A stretch of DNA of 64,000 nucleotides from positions 51,398,001-51,462,000 of the forward strand of contig OX597818.1 of NCBI GenBank assembly GCA_951406725.2, in the 5' to 3' direction. The translations under genes were made by a program, and so were the position numbers. Shown piece by piece: positions 10,730 through 24,949 of this stretch. The stretch is from Octopus vulgaris (Eukaryota). Position 1 is the first letter of the stretch. Each line of letters begins with the position of its first letter. The notes under the pieces were generated by a model. The model did not search any database and was not told the DNA's origin. It saw nothing but the letters and a program-made list of their open reading frames with translations.

Positions 10730-11160
10730 CTGGTAAAAAAAAAAACAGAAACAAAAACACAAGATTAATGATTAATTAAATCAAATAAATCTTTCTAATT
10801 TTGGCACCAGGCCAACTATTTCAAGGGAAGGGTGGAGGTTGATTACACCAACCCCAGAACTAGACCGGAACTTTATTTAATACTCCACTGAAAAGATAAG
10901 AGGCAAAGCTAACCCCAGTGGAATTTGAACTTAGAACCTAATGAGTTGGAAGAAATACCATTAAGCATTTTGTCTGATGTGCTAACGATTCTGCCATGTA
11001 AGGCTAATATTTCTTCGGTTATCATAAAGAGTCTTACAATACTGAATATGAATATCCAGTTTCATAACATGCCACTCTGCTTATCATTTTAAACAGATAA
11101 TACAATATTATGACTTACATTTGAAAAATAATCCAATGAGATATATATATATATAGATAT

Positions 11161-11332
11161 ATGAAAGAATGGAGTTGAACGACGAATTAACAAAATTCCT
11201 TTATTTTATTTTCGACATATGTTTCGAAGGCTGCATATTCCTAATTACGAAGGAATATGCAGCCTTCGAAACATATGTCGAAAATAAAATAAAGGAATTT
11301 TGTTAATTCGTCGTTCAACTCCATTCTTTCAT
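11161..11332. repeat. Perfect 82-bp inverted repeat with 8-nt loop, Penelope-like inverted terminus
   Basis: Arms 11161-11242 and 11251-11332 are exact reverse complements; adjacent to a (TA)n tract. Confidence 0.9.
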
Positions 11333-11694
11333 TTATTTGTATTAAAAAAAAACACACAAATTTCCACACGATAGCACGTGATCTCTGCCCTAGGCATGTA
11401 GCTTCAACCGTGTTTTTCTGACGTGAATTTGCTACCCAGGTATCGGTTAACCGAATTATCCATAATAAGATAATTCATTCAACTACTCAATTATTCATAT
11501 ATTAATAAAAGGAATTCCAACCTTGTCTGATTTTCACGTTTTATTTACAATCTTATAATGATATAATATAAGATAAAATAATAGAATAAAATAAAATAGT
11601 AGAATGTTAAATGTTCATTCTGATTGAACTAGTACTTTCATGCATTAAATTATGCAATCTTCAGGTTCATATAGTAGTGGTGACAGTCATGCTT

Positions 11695-11775
<81 letters not shown>

Positions 11776-11911
11776 CAAGCTGTGTTCATAAGCAGGTTTT
11801 GATTGGAATACACATAAAGTTGTGAATCTCACCCAAAAAGAAGTGACCCATTTCAAAATATATGATAGTAAAATGAAGCATAACCATCTGATTTGCAAAG
11901 TAGCTTACTGG

Positions 11912-12136
<225 letters not shown>

Positions 12137-12730
12137 AACACAATGACCCCAGTATTTATTTTAAAGTTTGGTATTATTCTATCAGTGTCTTTTGGCAACC
12201 CACTAAGTTCTCAGGATGTAAACAAACCAACACTGGTTGTCAAGTTGTGGTGAGGGACAATCATAAACATGTGCACATACATACATATTACCCATGCACA
12301 CACACACATATATATACAAATATACACATACACACACATGTATATGCACACATACGCGTGCGCAAGCGCATAACAGGGTTCCACACAATTTCTGTCTACC
12401 AAACTCATTCACTGGTCGACCTGGGCCTACAGTGAAGACAGGTACCCAAGGTGCCATGCAGCGGGACTGAAACCAAACCCACACAGCCATGTCTGTCTTT
12501 AGAGACAAGCATTACACCTACACTTAATATCCACAAATCAGCTTTGATCGCTGATTAACATTGGATGTCTTATTCTCAGGTGTGTATATAGTACCAGAAC
12601 AGATTCAAAAATCAAGACCCTTTGTTTCGAAAGGGTTAATAATGCTATCTAGTAGACCATGCATCATACATACATGCAACAGTAACCTCAAAGAAAGACC
12701 ACAATCGGAGATGAAACATAGTTGACAATA

Positions 12731-12893
12731 GGTGCAGGAGTGGCTGTGTGGTAAGTAAATTGCTAACCAACCACATGGTTCCGGGTTCAGTCCCACTGCG
12801 TGGCATCTTGGGCAAGTGTCTTCTGCTATAGCCCCGGGCCGACCAATGCCTTGTGAGTAGATTTGGTAGATGGAAACTGAAAGAAACCTGTCG

Positions 12894-12934
<41 letters not shown>

Positions 12935-13140
12935 GTGTGTGTCTCTGTTTGTCTCCCTAGCATTGCTTGACAACCGATGCTGGTGTGTTTATGTCCCTGT
13001 CACTTAGCGGTTCGGCAAGAGACTGATAGAATAAGTACTAGGCTTACAAAGAATAAGTCCCGGGGTCGATATGCTCGACCAAAGGCGGTGCTCCAGCATG
13101 GCTGCAGTCAAATGACTGAAACAAGTAAGAGTAAAAGAGT
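12731..13140 (+). mobile_element. Full-length tRNA-derived CORE-like SINE
   Basis: GGTGCAGGAGTGGCTGTGTGGTAAG head, internal (TA)(TG) tract, 3' CAAATGACTGAAACAAGTAAGAGTAAAAGAG. Other copies near 16880-17545, 23896-24295, 33288-33650, 37854-38210, 38856-39260, 40605-41027, 57197-57571 and 58558-58940. Confidence 0.85.
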
Positions 13141-13495
13141 ATACATATTTTGGATTTTTGCAACTTTAAAGCTAACGTTAAACACCTGAAATATCACATT
13201 TTTTTTTTAGCAGCAAATCATCGAAAACCAATCAATAACCATAGAATGTGATCAGCAAGGCAATATAATAGTGAAACAATTGAGTAAAATTAGGTCTGGC
13301 TCAGTAGTGCAGAAATATTCTACATAAGAACTACATTGCAAAATAGTATGAAATGTCAATGAATCTAGTAGCCCAAAGGTCAGGGCTTGGGTTTGGTTAC
13401 TTGGCATTAAGAAATGACAAACTAGCGTTCCCATGGACAGAAGGTAACATTCCAAGACAATCTAATACCTGCTGACGACAGCGAGTTCAACTGCA

Positions 13496-14153
13496 AGGCG
13501 GCGAGCTGGCAGAAACGTTAGCATGACGGGCGAAATGCGTAGCCGTATTTCGTCTGCCGTTACGTTCTGAGTTCAAATTCCACTGAGGTCGACTTTGCCT
13601 TTTTATCCTTTCGAGGTCGATAAATTAAGTACCAGTTACACACTGGGGTCGATGTAATCGACTTAATGCGTTTCTTTATTCTTTTACTTGTTTCAGTCAT
13701 TTGACTGTGGCCATGCTGGAGCACCGTTTGTCTGTCTTTGTTTGTCCCCTCTGTGTTTAGCCCCTTGTGGGTAGTAAAGAAATAGGTATTTCGTCTGTCT
13801 TTACGTTCTGAGTTCAAATTCCGCCGAGGTCGACTTTGCCTTTCGTCCTTTCGGGGTTGATAAATTAAGTACCAGTTACACACTGGGGTCAATGTAATCG
13901 ACTTAATCCATTTGTCTGTCCTTGCTTGTCCTCTCTATGTTTAGCCCCTTGTGGGTAGCAAAGAAATAGGTATTTCGTCTGCCGCTATGTTCTGAGTTCA
14001 AATTCCTCCTAGGTCGACTTTGCTGTTCATCCTTTCGGGTTCGATAAATTAAGTACTAGTTACACACTGGGGTCGATGTAATCGACTTAATCCGTTTGTC
14101 TGTCCTTGTTTGTCCCCTCTGTGTTTAGCCCCTTGTGGGTAGTAAAGAAATAG
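13496..14153 (+). mobile_element. Trimeric tRNA-derived SINE (GCCTTTCATCCTTTCGGGGTCGAT core)
   Basis: One head GGCGGCGAGCTGGCAGAAACGTTAGC then three ~185-bp bodies; ~20-bp TSD GACAGC(G/A)AGTTCAACTGCAA on both sides. Confidence 0.85.
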
Positions 14154-15699
14154 ACAGCAAGTTCAACTGCAACAAAATAACATTTTAGAAAGCCAATACC
14201 CTAATTGCTTATTGTGGAATTTATTTCATCAACCGCAGAAGGATGAAAAGCAAAGCTAATTTCGACAGGAATTTGAACTCAGAATGTAGAGGGATGTAAC
14301 AGAATACTACACAGCATTTTGATTTCTTTTCTATTGATTTTGTTGCTTCACCATTCTTGTACATTGCTGAGAATCATTTAGTACTGTGCACTATATTTGC
14401 TATGCCATCGTCTATTTAGAATTATATAAATAAACCTCAGAATGTGTGTGTGTGTGTGTATACACAGATGGCTGAATGGTCCTCCATTGTTTGGCAATGA
14501 ATCAACAGAATTACCTGCTTTTGAATAAGCATATAAATGGCTGAGTATTCCTCAGAGAATACGTAATAAGGCCTTATCTTTGTATTACAGGTATATATTC
14601 ATGTGATGGGCTTCTATAGTTTCCATTATCCAAACTAATTCACAAAGCATGGCTTGATCTGAGACTACAGAAAATGATATTCACCCAAGACATCCTGTGG
14701 TGGGATTGAACACAGGGCCTCGTGGTTGCAACACAAACTTCTTATCCATTGAGTCATACTATACCAGAAAGACCTGGGATGAGGTGATAAAGCACGATCT
14801 CTGAATATTGGGCCTCATGGAGGTGATGATGAGTGATTGAAACCTTTGGAGATATGCTGTGCTTGAGAAGACCCAGCAAGCCAAGTGAGACCGTAACCAT
14901 GGCCTATGCCAGTGTAGCATAACCGGCCCATTTAAGAGTACCCTTCAATCATTGGGCAATAAACTGTGCTTGAGAAGACCTGGCTGGATGCCCTTCCCAT
15001 TACCAACCCCCAACTGTTTCCAACCAAGGAAATATTTCCCCATAGCCAGATATGTTTTCGCAGAATACTGGAAATGATTGACACTGCTGGTATGACAGTG
15101 GCAATCTTTTACAACTACTACCTCAAGACAAGGAGACACAAGCGCATACACATATACATATATGACAGGCTTCTTTCAGTTTCCTACTATCTGAACGTGA
15201 TTGATGCCAGGCCCACCTAACTGGCTCCTGTGCCAGTGGCATGTAAAAAGCACCCACTATGCTATCAGAGTGGTTGGTATTAGGAAGGGCATCCAGCTGT
15301 AGAAACATTGCCAGATCAGATGGGAGCCAGGTGTAGCTGCTGGCTCTCCAGACCTCAGTCAAACCGTCCAACCCATGCTAGCATGGAAAGCGGATGTTAA
15401 ACGATGATGATGACGAAACCCACAAACAAAGCATTGATCAGCCTGGAGCTATAGGAGAAGACACTTGTGCAATGTGGTACGCAGTGAGACTGAACCTGGA
15501 ATCAGGTGGTCGGGAAGCAAAGTGCTTACCACACAACCACACCTGCATCTACACATGTGTATGTGTGTGGGTGCATGTGTGTCAAGGTGTTATGACCACG
15601 TAAGAAATAATTGTTGCAGATATTATGGACCACCTCAAGTGGGTGGGTGGGTGAGAGAGAAAGAACAAAAAAAAGACCAACAAATAGAAACAGACACAA

Positions 15700-15768
15700 A
15701 ATATTATATACACACACACATATATACACATACAAACACACACATATATATATAAGCACACACACATG

Positions 15769-15801
<33 letters not shown>

Positions 15802-16407
15802 GTGTGTGTATATATATATATGTGTATATATATACATATATGTATGTATGTATGTATGTATGTATATATATATATGATAAATAATGCAAGCAAAATAAAT
15901 TGGTGACATTAAGAAATAGAGAGGGAAAGGCTGAGGGAAAGAAAGCTGTGATGTGTTGAGCATAGCAGCAGCAGCAGCAGCAGGCGAATGAATAATAGAG
16001 ACGAAGCAAGTGGGTTTCCCATCATGTCTGGTCATAGTTTCTCTTTCTATGAACACTCAGTGCTTGTTTTGCTGTCACTTGAAATGTCCCCCTCGACCAC
16101 TCTAATGTAAACTCTGCACAAGTGTGTGTGTGTGTATAGAAATGCATATATGTATACACACATATATATATACATATAGATACGCGCATATATATATATA
16201 GACACACACACATATATATGCATATACATATATATACACATACCTATATATACATACACACACACATATATATACATACACACACATATATACATGGATA
16301 TATACATATACATACATATGTATATATATACATACACACACATATGCGTGTATGTATATATATATATATATGTGTGTGTGTGGGTATATATATACACATA
16401 TATACTT

Positions 16408-16438
<31 letters not shown>

Positions 16439-16441
16439 ATA

Positions 16442-16476
<35 letters not shown>

Positions 16477-16582
16477 GTGTACATATATATGCATATATTC
16501 ATATGTAGAGGCACATATATACATATATAAATGTGCACACACACACACATATAAATAGATATATATATGTATATGTATGCAT
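15700..16582. repeat. Compound (TA)/(CA)/(TG) microsatellite fields around a short unique island
   Basis: Seen directly; source of the Y/I/C/V-rich ORFs. Confidence 0.9.
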
Positions 16583-17090
16583 GCGTGTTGAATGACATTT
16601 GCTGAAGGTATTGTGTTGCAACAAGCAATATGTAAAGAGGTTTTCGCAAACAGGTCTTTAAGAATGCAATTTGCAATTGAAGATGCACTCCACCACCCAA
16701 CCATCTCTCTACCTACCTACTTATGCAACTTCCCACCCGTTTTCCACACGAATATCCAGGAGCTAAAAAGGGAGCTGCTTATGTCAGCTTAGCCTGCTGA
16801 AAAATAGCAGCCAAATATCAACTCAAATCTCTGCTGTCCAGCACTCAAGCACTCAATTGCTTTCTATTCTGCACAAGTAGGCGCAGGCGTGGCAAGTAGC
16901 TTGCTTACGAACCACATGGTCCACGGTTCAGTCCCACTGCGTGGCACCTTTGGCAGGTGTCTTCTACTATAGCCTTGGGCCAACCAAAGCCTTGTGAGTG
17001 GATTTAGTAGATGGAAACTGAAAGAAGCCCATCATATTTTTTTTTTACTTGTTTCAGTCATTTTACTGTGGCCATGCTGGAGCACCACCT

Positions 17091-17154
<64 letters not shown>

Positions 17155-19616
17155 TAGGTGCAGGAGTGGCTTTGTGGTATGTAGCTTGTTTACCAATGAC
17201 ATGGTTCTGAGTTCAGTCCCACTGCGTGGTACCTTGGGCAAGTGTCTTCTACTATAGCCTCGGGCTGACCAAAGCCCTGTGAGTGGATTTGGTAGACGGA
17301 AACTGAAAGAAGGCCGTCCTATATATATGTGTGTGTGTATATGTTTGTGTGTCTGTGTTTGTCCCCCCAGCATCGCTTGACAACTGATGCTGGTGTGTTT
17401 ACATCCCCGTAACTTAGCGGTTCGGCAAAAGAGACCGATAGACAAAGTACTAGGCTTACAAAGAATAAGTCCTGGGGTCAATTTGCTCGACTAAAGGCAG
17501 TGCTCCAGCATGGCCACAGTCAAAATACTGAAACAAGTAAAAGATATATATATATATATATGAGCTTCTTTCAGTTTCTGTCAACCAAATCCACTCACAA
17601 GGCTTTGGTTAGCCTGAGGCTATAGTAGAAGACACTTGCCCAAGGTGCCACACAGTGGGCCTGAACCTGGAACCATGTGGTTGGGAAGCAAGATTCTTAC
17701 TACACAGCTATGCCTGCCCCTAATACTATATATATATAAAAAAAAAAACTGAAAATATTTTGTGTATTATAGAAGTATAATCAAATTACTACACATAAAT
17801 TTTAACAAAATTTTATAAGGACCTCAAGGGGCCAAATGAACCCTGGGTGAGAATCACTGGTTTATATGGTTCTTAGTACAGAACAAGCAGAGCTAAGATC
17901 CAGTAATTGATTAGGCTGTCTTCTCTCAGATACACTCTATGTAGAAATATATTAACTTCATTTTTCTGGGTTTTTTAAAAAAAAGATGTTAGATGCAAGC
18001 ATGGCTGTGTGGTTAAGATGTTCACTTCCCAACCACATGGTTTCGGGTTCAGTTCCACTCTGTGGTATCCTCGGGCAAGTGCTTTTTTTTTTTTGCATAT
18101 AGCCCCAGGCTGACCCCAAACCTTGTGAAAGGATTTGGTAGATGGAAACTGAAAGAAACCAATTGTACACACACACACACAAACATGCATGTGTGCGTAT
18201 AGGGTTTCTTTGATGTGAAGACAAGGAGACACGAATACACACACACACGTGTGTGTGTGTGTGTGCGTGTGTGCATGTCTCCTTGTTTTCACATCACATG
18301 ATAATTGTGAGTGAGAGATGCTATCACACAGGCAGTGCCGTTTCCATGGAAACAGATCTGGCCAAGATGAAATATTACCTTACTCGAAGGCAGCAAGCTG
18401 GCAGAATCATTAGCATGCTGGGCAAAACGTTTAGTAGCATTTCGTCCATTTTACATATTGAGTTCATATTCTGTCAAGGATGACAGCGATTTCAGTGGGG
18501 GTGGGGGTAAGGGAATAAAATAAGTACCAGTCATGCACTGTGGGCGATGTAATCGACTTATCCGCTCCCTGGTTGCCAAAATTTGAAAACAATACCATTT
18601 TTACTTGAAAAATGGTGAGGATTGGTAACAAGAAGAGCGTCCAGCTGCAGAAAATTTGCCTCAACAAATTTTGTCTGATTTATCCAAGGATGTAAAAGGG
18701 GACACTAAAACGATGATGATGATGATGACATTGAAGCAGCCATGGGCAATCCATGACCCGTGAGCCTTGCTGAATGGCATGTCTAATGAAAATCATCACC
18801 CTGAATTATTTTGGTAGTGCAGCCTGCTTGATAGTGAGCCATGTCTCATGCAGCCCTCTCCTTGTAAAAGTCACCCGTTCCTGCATTAGTTTGAAGGGAA
18901 TTTAACTGCTATTTCTAGCAGACTATACAAACAATGAAGTGGTTCTCTAGGTGGTCTGCGAACATGTGTGGCTGTGTGGTAAGAAGGTGGTGAGCTGGCA
19001 GAATCGTTAGCATGCTGGGCAAAATGCTTAGCGGTATTTCGTCTGCCGCTATGTTCTGAGTTCAAATTCCACCGAGGTCGACTTTGCCTTTCATCCTTTC
19101 GGGGTCGATAAATTAAGTACCAGTCACGCACTGGGATCAATATAATTGATTTAATCCATTTGTCTGTCCTTGTTTGTCCCTTCTGGGTTTAGCCCCTTGT
19201 GGGTAGTAAAGAAATAGGTATTTCGTCTGCTGCTACGTTCTGGGTTCAAATTCCACCGAAGTCGACTTTGCCTTTCATCCTTTCGGGTTCGATTAAATAA
19301 GTACCAGTTACGCACTGGGATCGATATATTCAACTTAATCCGTTTGTCTGTTCTTGTTTATCCCCTTGCGGGCAGTAAAGAAATAAGAAGTTTGCTTTCC
19401 AACCACATGGTTATGGGTCCAGTCCCACAGTGCGGCACCATGGATTGACCAAAGCCTTGTGAATAGGTTCAGAAACTGAAAAGAGCCTGTCGTGTATATA
19501 AATACATGTATATGTATGTCTGTGTGTGTGCGTGTGTGTTTGTTTGTTTATCTTCATCACTGCTTGACAACCAGTGCTGTCCTGTAACTTAGCAGTTTGG
19601 GAAAAAAGACAGACAG

Positions 19617-19912
19617 AATACTTTCCTGACCTTGCACCCTCTGATTTTCACCTCTTCCCAATCATGAAGTTGTTTTTGAAAGGAAAGCGTTTCCCAGATG
19701 ATGCAGCCTTGATTTCTGAAGTCACGTTGAGGTTGGAGGACCAAGCTGGGGTCTTCTACAAAAACGGTCTCCAGAGCCGCATCAAACGATGGGAGAAATG
19801 CGTAACTCTGGGTGGTTCCTATGTAGAAAAAGACTAATAACTGTGCCAAGTTTCGTTGCTCTACTGCTATGGGAAGTGGGTCAGGGGTATTACTTATTGA
19901 ACGCCCCTCGTA
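19617..19912 (+). mobile_element. Mariner transposase 3' fragment with right TIR, nested in a SINE
   Basis: YFPDLAPSDFHLF...KGKRF...RWEKCVTLGGSYVEK*; terminus TTATTGAACGCCCCTCG-TA. Confidence 0.9.
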
Positions 19913-22269
19913 AATGCTAGGCTTTAAAAAAAATGGGAACTGGGGCGGATTCAATTGACTAAAAGGCAGTGCCCCAGCATGGTCGCAATCTAATGACTGA
20001 AACAAGTAATAGATAAAAGGCATATTGTGTTAGTGGTGTGGTGGTTATTAGGGTAGCATCACCATTATAAGTGGTTATATGGTGGTGTTGCACGCACAAT
20101 TAACTGTTTAATAACAGCACCGTTGTTTATATGGTAAACAGTAAAGCTACAGTGATAACAATATTGATGGTGCTTGTGGTGAGAGGAGTAGTGGCAGATG
20201 TAAGTTGTGAGGAAGATACGATCAAGGGATAATATACCACCATTGGCAAGGTGATGAGTTAGATGAAACGGTGGGTGTGGTCGGTGATGATGGCATTACA
20301 AGCATTGATAGTGGCGGTGGTGGTGGTGGTGATCGCAGCAATATCGAACAACTACTGCTTATTAAAAAGGAAATAAAGAAGCAAAAAAAATTCTAGAGCA
20401 CTTAAGCTAATTGTTTCCAAAGAGGGATCACATGAAAATAGATGTGCCAACAGTTGGCCAGAAAGTCTATATTACTGGCATTTGGGAGATTGGCAATTAT
20501 GCCAATGCTTTTTTTTCTTTTTTTTTTTTACATATCATCATCATCATCGGTTAACGTCCGTTTTCCATGCTGGCATGGGTTGGACGGTTCGACCAGGGCC
20601 TGGGAAGCTAGGAGGCTGCACCAGGCTCCAGTCTGATCTGGCAGTGTTTCTACAGCTGGATGCCCTTCCTAATGCCAACCACTGCGCGAGTGTAGTGGGT
20701 GCTTTTTACGTGCCACCGGCACAGGTGTCAGGGGAGGCTGGCAACGGCCACGATCGGTTGGTGGTTTTTACGTGCCACGTATGGATGGTGCTTTTTATGT
20801 GTCACCGGCACAGGTACCAGGGGAGTCTGGCAATGGCCACGGACGGTTGGTGCCTTTTATGTGCCACCGGCATGGAAGCCAGTCAAGGTGGCGCTGGCAT
20901 TGGCTACGTATATATATATATATATATTACTTTTATTCATTTATTTATATTTATTTATTGAAGTGGCTGAGATATGATACTGCAAACACAGTCAAATAAA
21001 TCCAGAGAATTGTGTGAGTGTTATGTCTCTACATTGGTTCAGATCCTTACCACTCTGTCTTAATTTTTTGATGTTGGCTTGTTTGTGTGGAGATGAAGGT
21101 GTGGCTGTGTGAGTAAGATGTTTGCGTCTCAACCACATGGTTCCAAGTTCAGTTCCACCCCCTGCAGCACCTCTGGCAAATGTCTTCTATTATAATCTCG
21201 GATCAACCAAATCCTCATGAGTGGATCTGGAAGACGGAAACTGAAAGACACCTGTCGTGTGTGTCTAGGTGAGCTTGTCCCTGTGTTTATCTTTGTCCTC
21301 ATCACAGTCTGATGACTGGGGTGAGTTGGGGTACACCCCCATAACTTAGCAGTTTGCGAAAGAAACCAACAGAATAAGTACCAGACTTTAAAAAAAAAAG
21401 TAAGCACTGGAGTTGATTTGCTTGACAAAACCCTTCAATGTGGTGCCCCAGCATGGCTGTGGCTGCAGTCCAATGACTGAAATGAGCAAATGATAAACGA
21501 TAAAAATAAGTGTTAGTGGTGAATATAATTAACTATATCCAAGAAGGTCACAGGGCTATGACAGCAGTCATATTATCATTAGTAGTAGTAATAATAAGGC
21601 AGTGAGATGGCAGAAACGTTAGCACACTGGGTGAAATGCTTAGCAGTATTTCGTCTGTCTTTGCGTTCTGAGTTCAAATTCCACCACGGTCAACTTAGCC
21701 TTTCATCCTTTCGGAGTCGATATATTAAGCACCAGTTGCATACTGGGGTCGATCTAATTGACTGGCCCCCTCCCTCAAAATTTCAGGCCTTGTGTCTAGA
21801 GTAGAAAAGGTTATTAAACCATATCTCCCAATATTAAGCACATACATAATTAGTGGTCATTATTCCCCAACCCCTAATTCATTTGTTTTTTTTTTATTAA
21901 GCATCAAATGCTCCCAACACATGGCCTATGTGTAGATGTATGTATGAATGCACATTGAACATACATACACGAAACACATTTATGAACAACACGAGTGGCC
22001 TAATATTATGCATGGGTATGCATATATGAGCATTTAAATTGGCAGGAAAGTTTCATGACTGTCACGTCTCAAACTCTTGGGACATGAGTCACTTTTGCAA
22101 CTTTTACAGCCGATTATGAAATATGTATGTTCATGCATTGAGTGTAATTTCTCCTGCTTGCTCCAAACACACACATACTAATGAATGAAAAAATTATTCA
22201 ACACATATTGTAAGAGCTAAATTCTTAATATATAGCTCTTACAATACTATGTATCGACTCAGCCTAGCA

Positions 22270-22496
22270 TTAACCCTTTCGTTACTGTATTTATTTTGAA
22301 ATGCTCTGTTTCTTTCAATTATTTTAAATATAACAAAGAATTTAGTAAAATAACTTAGTTATCATTAAGCTAGTATTAGGAATATAAATTGCGACTAAGG
22401 TTTGGTGGTATATTTTGATGCAAAACTTATGAAAACAAGACATTTGTATTACAGAGCCAGAGCCGGTTTTGACTGGGTTGGTAACGAAAGGGTTAA
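22270..22496. mobile_element. piggyBac-like MITE family A
   Basis: TTAACCCTTTCGTTAC...GTAACGAAAGGGTTAA. Confidence 0.8.
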
Positions 22497-22634
22497 TTGA
22501 AGTTTCATACACGAAAAAGTACATATAACTAATGAAATGTCAAAGATCAGAGTCTGGCCCTAGATATCTGTTGAACCTAATATGCCCCCCACATCGGAGA
22601 AACTGTATGTAAATGTGTGTGTGTGTGTGTGTGT

Positions 22635-23602
22635 GATATATGAGCTAATTTGTTCCCAGAGGCCGCTCGTAAAGTGAAAATTCGTAAAGCAGAGCAATAA
22701 TTTCCCATAGTAGCAATGACGATGATGATCATCATCGTTTAGCGTCCGTTTTCCATGCTAGCATGGGTTGGACGGTTCTACTGGGGTCTGTGAAGCCAGA
22801 AGTCTTCATCAGGCCCAGTCAAATCTGGCAGTGTTTCTACGGCTGGATGCCCTTCCTAACGCCAACCACTCCGTGAGTGTAGTGGGTGCTTTTTACGTGC
22901 CACCCGCACAGGTGCCAGACAGAGCTGGCAAACGGCCACGAACGGATGGTGCTTTTTATGTGCCACCGGCACGGGGGCCAGGCGAGGCTGGCAACGGACA
23001 CGAACGGATGGTGCTTTTTACGTGCCACCGGCACGAGGCCAGTCGCGGCGGCGCTGGTAACGGTCGCGAAACGGAAGGTTCTCTTACATGCCACCGGCAC
23101 TGGTAACACATCTGCAATTTCCATTCCAATGATATAAATCATAATTTGTTCCCAGAAAAATATTTCACCTATGAAATTTATAATACTCGAAAATAGATGG
23201 CAATAAAACAACAGTAGAATGTAAAGAATATTTTACGTAAAGTAAAAAGAATGTTAGGATCATTTACTATAAAAAAAAAATACTATTATAATCACTTTCT
23301 GAATCACTTTTGCTCACATCAGACTTGCACACACCATCACTTGTAGATGCGATTGCCTATTCACAAGCACTTGCAGACAGACTTGTAGATTTCTCTTTAA
23401 AAAAACCAGTCTAGAGTTGTTTGCTTAGAAGAAGCTTTTTTTTTTTCCGCTCTCTATAAATATCTTGGCAACGCACAGAAGCATTTGTTATGGTAGTAGA
23501 AGCTCTTGCACTTCATTCAAAATTTGGATCTTGTTCTTGAAAAATAAAACTCGTAAACCTGGGGTCTCATAAAGCAGGTCCTCATAAAGAGAGGTAATAC
23601 TA
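22635..23602. mobile_element. Decayed Tigger/pogo-like element interrupted by a V-like SINE (22722-23133)
   Basis: Repeated TCGTAAA/CTCATAAA subterminal motifs, TAATTTGTTCCCAGA twice, right end AAAGAGAGGTAATACTA. Confidence 0.45.
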
Positions 23603-24479
23603 TCATCATCATCATCATTTAACATTCATCTTCCATGCATGCATGGGGAGGATCGCTGATAGGACCCGGCCTAGTAGAGAAACTAGCCTAGGCTACTGTG
23701 TCTGTTTTGGCAGGGGTTTTACAGTTGGATGCCCTTCCTAAACACCAGCCACTGGTGTCTGGCCATGGGGCCAGACGAGGGTTGGCAATAGGAAAATCAA
23801 TAAAAACTATCTGAACAACGAAAGCAGGGAAAACTGAATCTTAAAAGGACAATGATGATACATATACGCACATGTATACATAGAGTTCCTTAAGTACTCT
23901 TTTTTTACTCTTTTACTTGTTTCAGTCATTTGACTGTGGCCATGCTGGAGCATCGCCTATAGTTGAGCAAATCGACCCCAGGACTTATTATTTGTAAGCC
24001 TAGTACCGCTAAGTTACGGGGACGTAAACACACCAGCATCGGTTGTCAAGCGATGTTGGGAGACAAACACAGACACACAAACATATACACATAATTACAT
24101 ACACACACATATATATACACATACATATATACGACGGGCTTCTTTCAGTTTCCGTCTACCAAATCCACTCACAAGGCTTTGGTCGGTCCGAGGTTATAGT
24201 AGAAGACACTTGCCCAAGGTGCCACGCAGTGGGACTGAACCCAGAACCATGTGGTTGGTAAGGAAGCTACTTACCACGCAGCCACTCCTACGCCTATAAA
24301 GTAATTTAAGCAATCTAAAAAAAAAAAAAAAAAGAAAAGCAATATCTTAATTGCAATTTTGATGGTTGAGAGTTCTGTGCAGTCGAGAGTATGCAGTAAG
24401 GGGGTCTAAACGAAAACCTTTATTCTATTTGGACATGTAGGAACATGTATTACTTGTGGAAGTCAATGCAAACCGTCTT

Positions 24480-24845
24480 GCAACTGCACACACTAACACA
24501 AACACATGCACACACACACACACTGGCACTGTGTCATATAGATTTATCAGATTATACACCCACAGTTCACTGCAAAGTACTGCCTTACTCATGGGACAGG
24601 CTGAATACATATATACACACACTTGCACTATGTCCCACAAATTTATCAGATATTAAATTATTGTTCAAATGTTAATTACCGCCTAGCTTGCAGGACACTC
24701 CAAATGCATAAGTGCACACACACACACAATTTGCATTGTGTTCCATAAATTTATCAAATTTTAAATCATAATTCAATGATAAGGACTACTTAACTAATGG
24801 GACATTCCATTTCTAATACATGTGCACACACACACACCTGTAGCA
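24480..24845. repeat. Degenerate ~105-110-bp tandem repeat (~3.5 units)
   Basis: Recurring (CA)n-TGCA(C/T)T.TGT...A(A/G)ATTTATCA...GGACA. Confidence 0.6.
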
Positions 24846-24949
24846 GCAATACACAGATTTAAGTCGTTGAAAATTATTATGGCTTTTAATTACTGTGTAG
24901 TGACAGCAATGATCAGTGTTGGTATACATTGCTATAATATTGCTATAAT

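Noticed and set aside
15960-16120. Unique island with (GCA)n and ORF MTRHDGKPTCF as a first coding exon
   Set aside because: No good donor in phase 1 and no recognisable homology; embedded in microsatellites.
18340-18353. X-box-like palindrome GTTTCCATGGAAAC
   Set aside because: Lies within a decayed repeat and probably arose at a deletion junction.
20482-20961. 159-aa ORF with the recurring LQLDALPNANH motif
   Set aside because: Antisense translation of the V-like SINE core, repeated across many copies.
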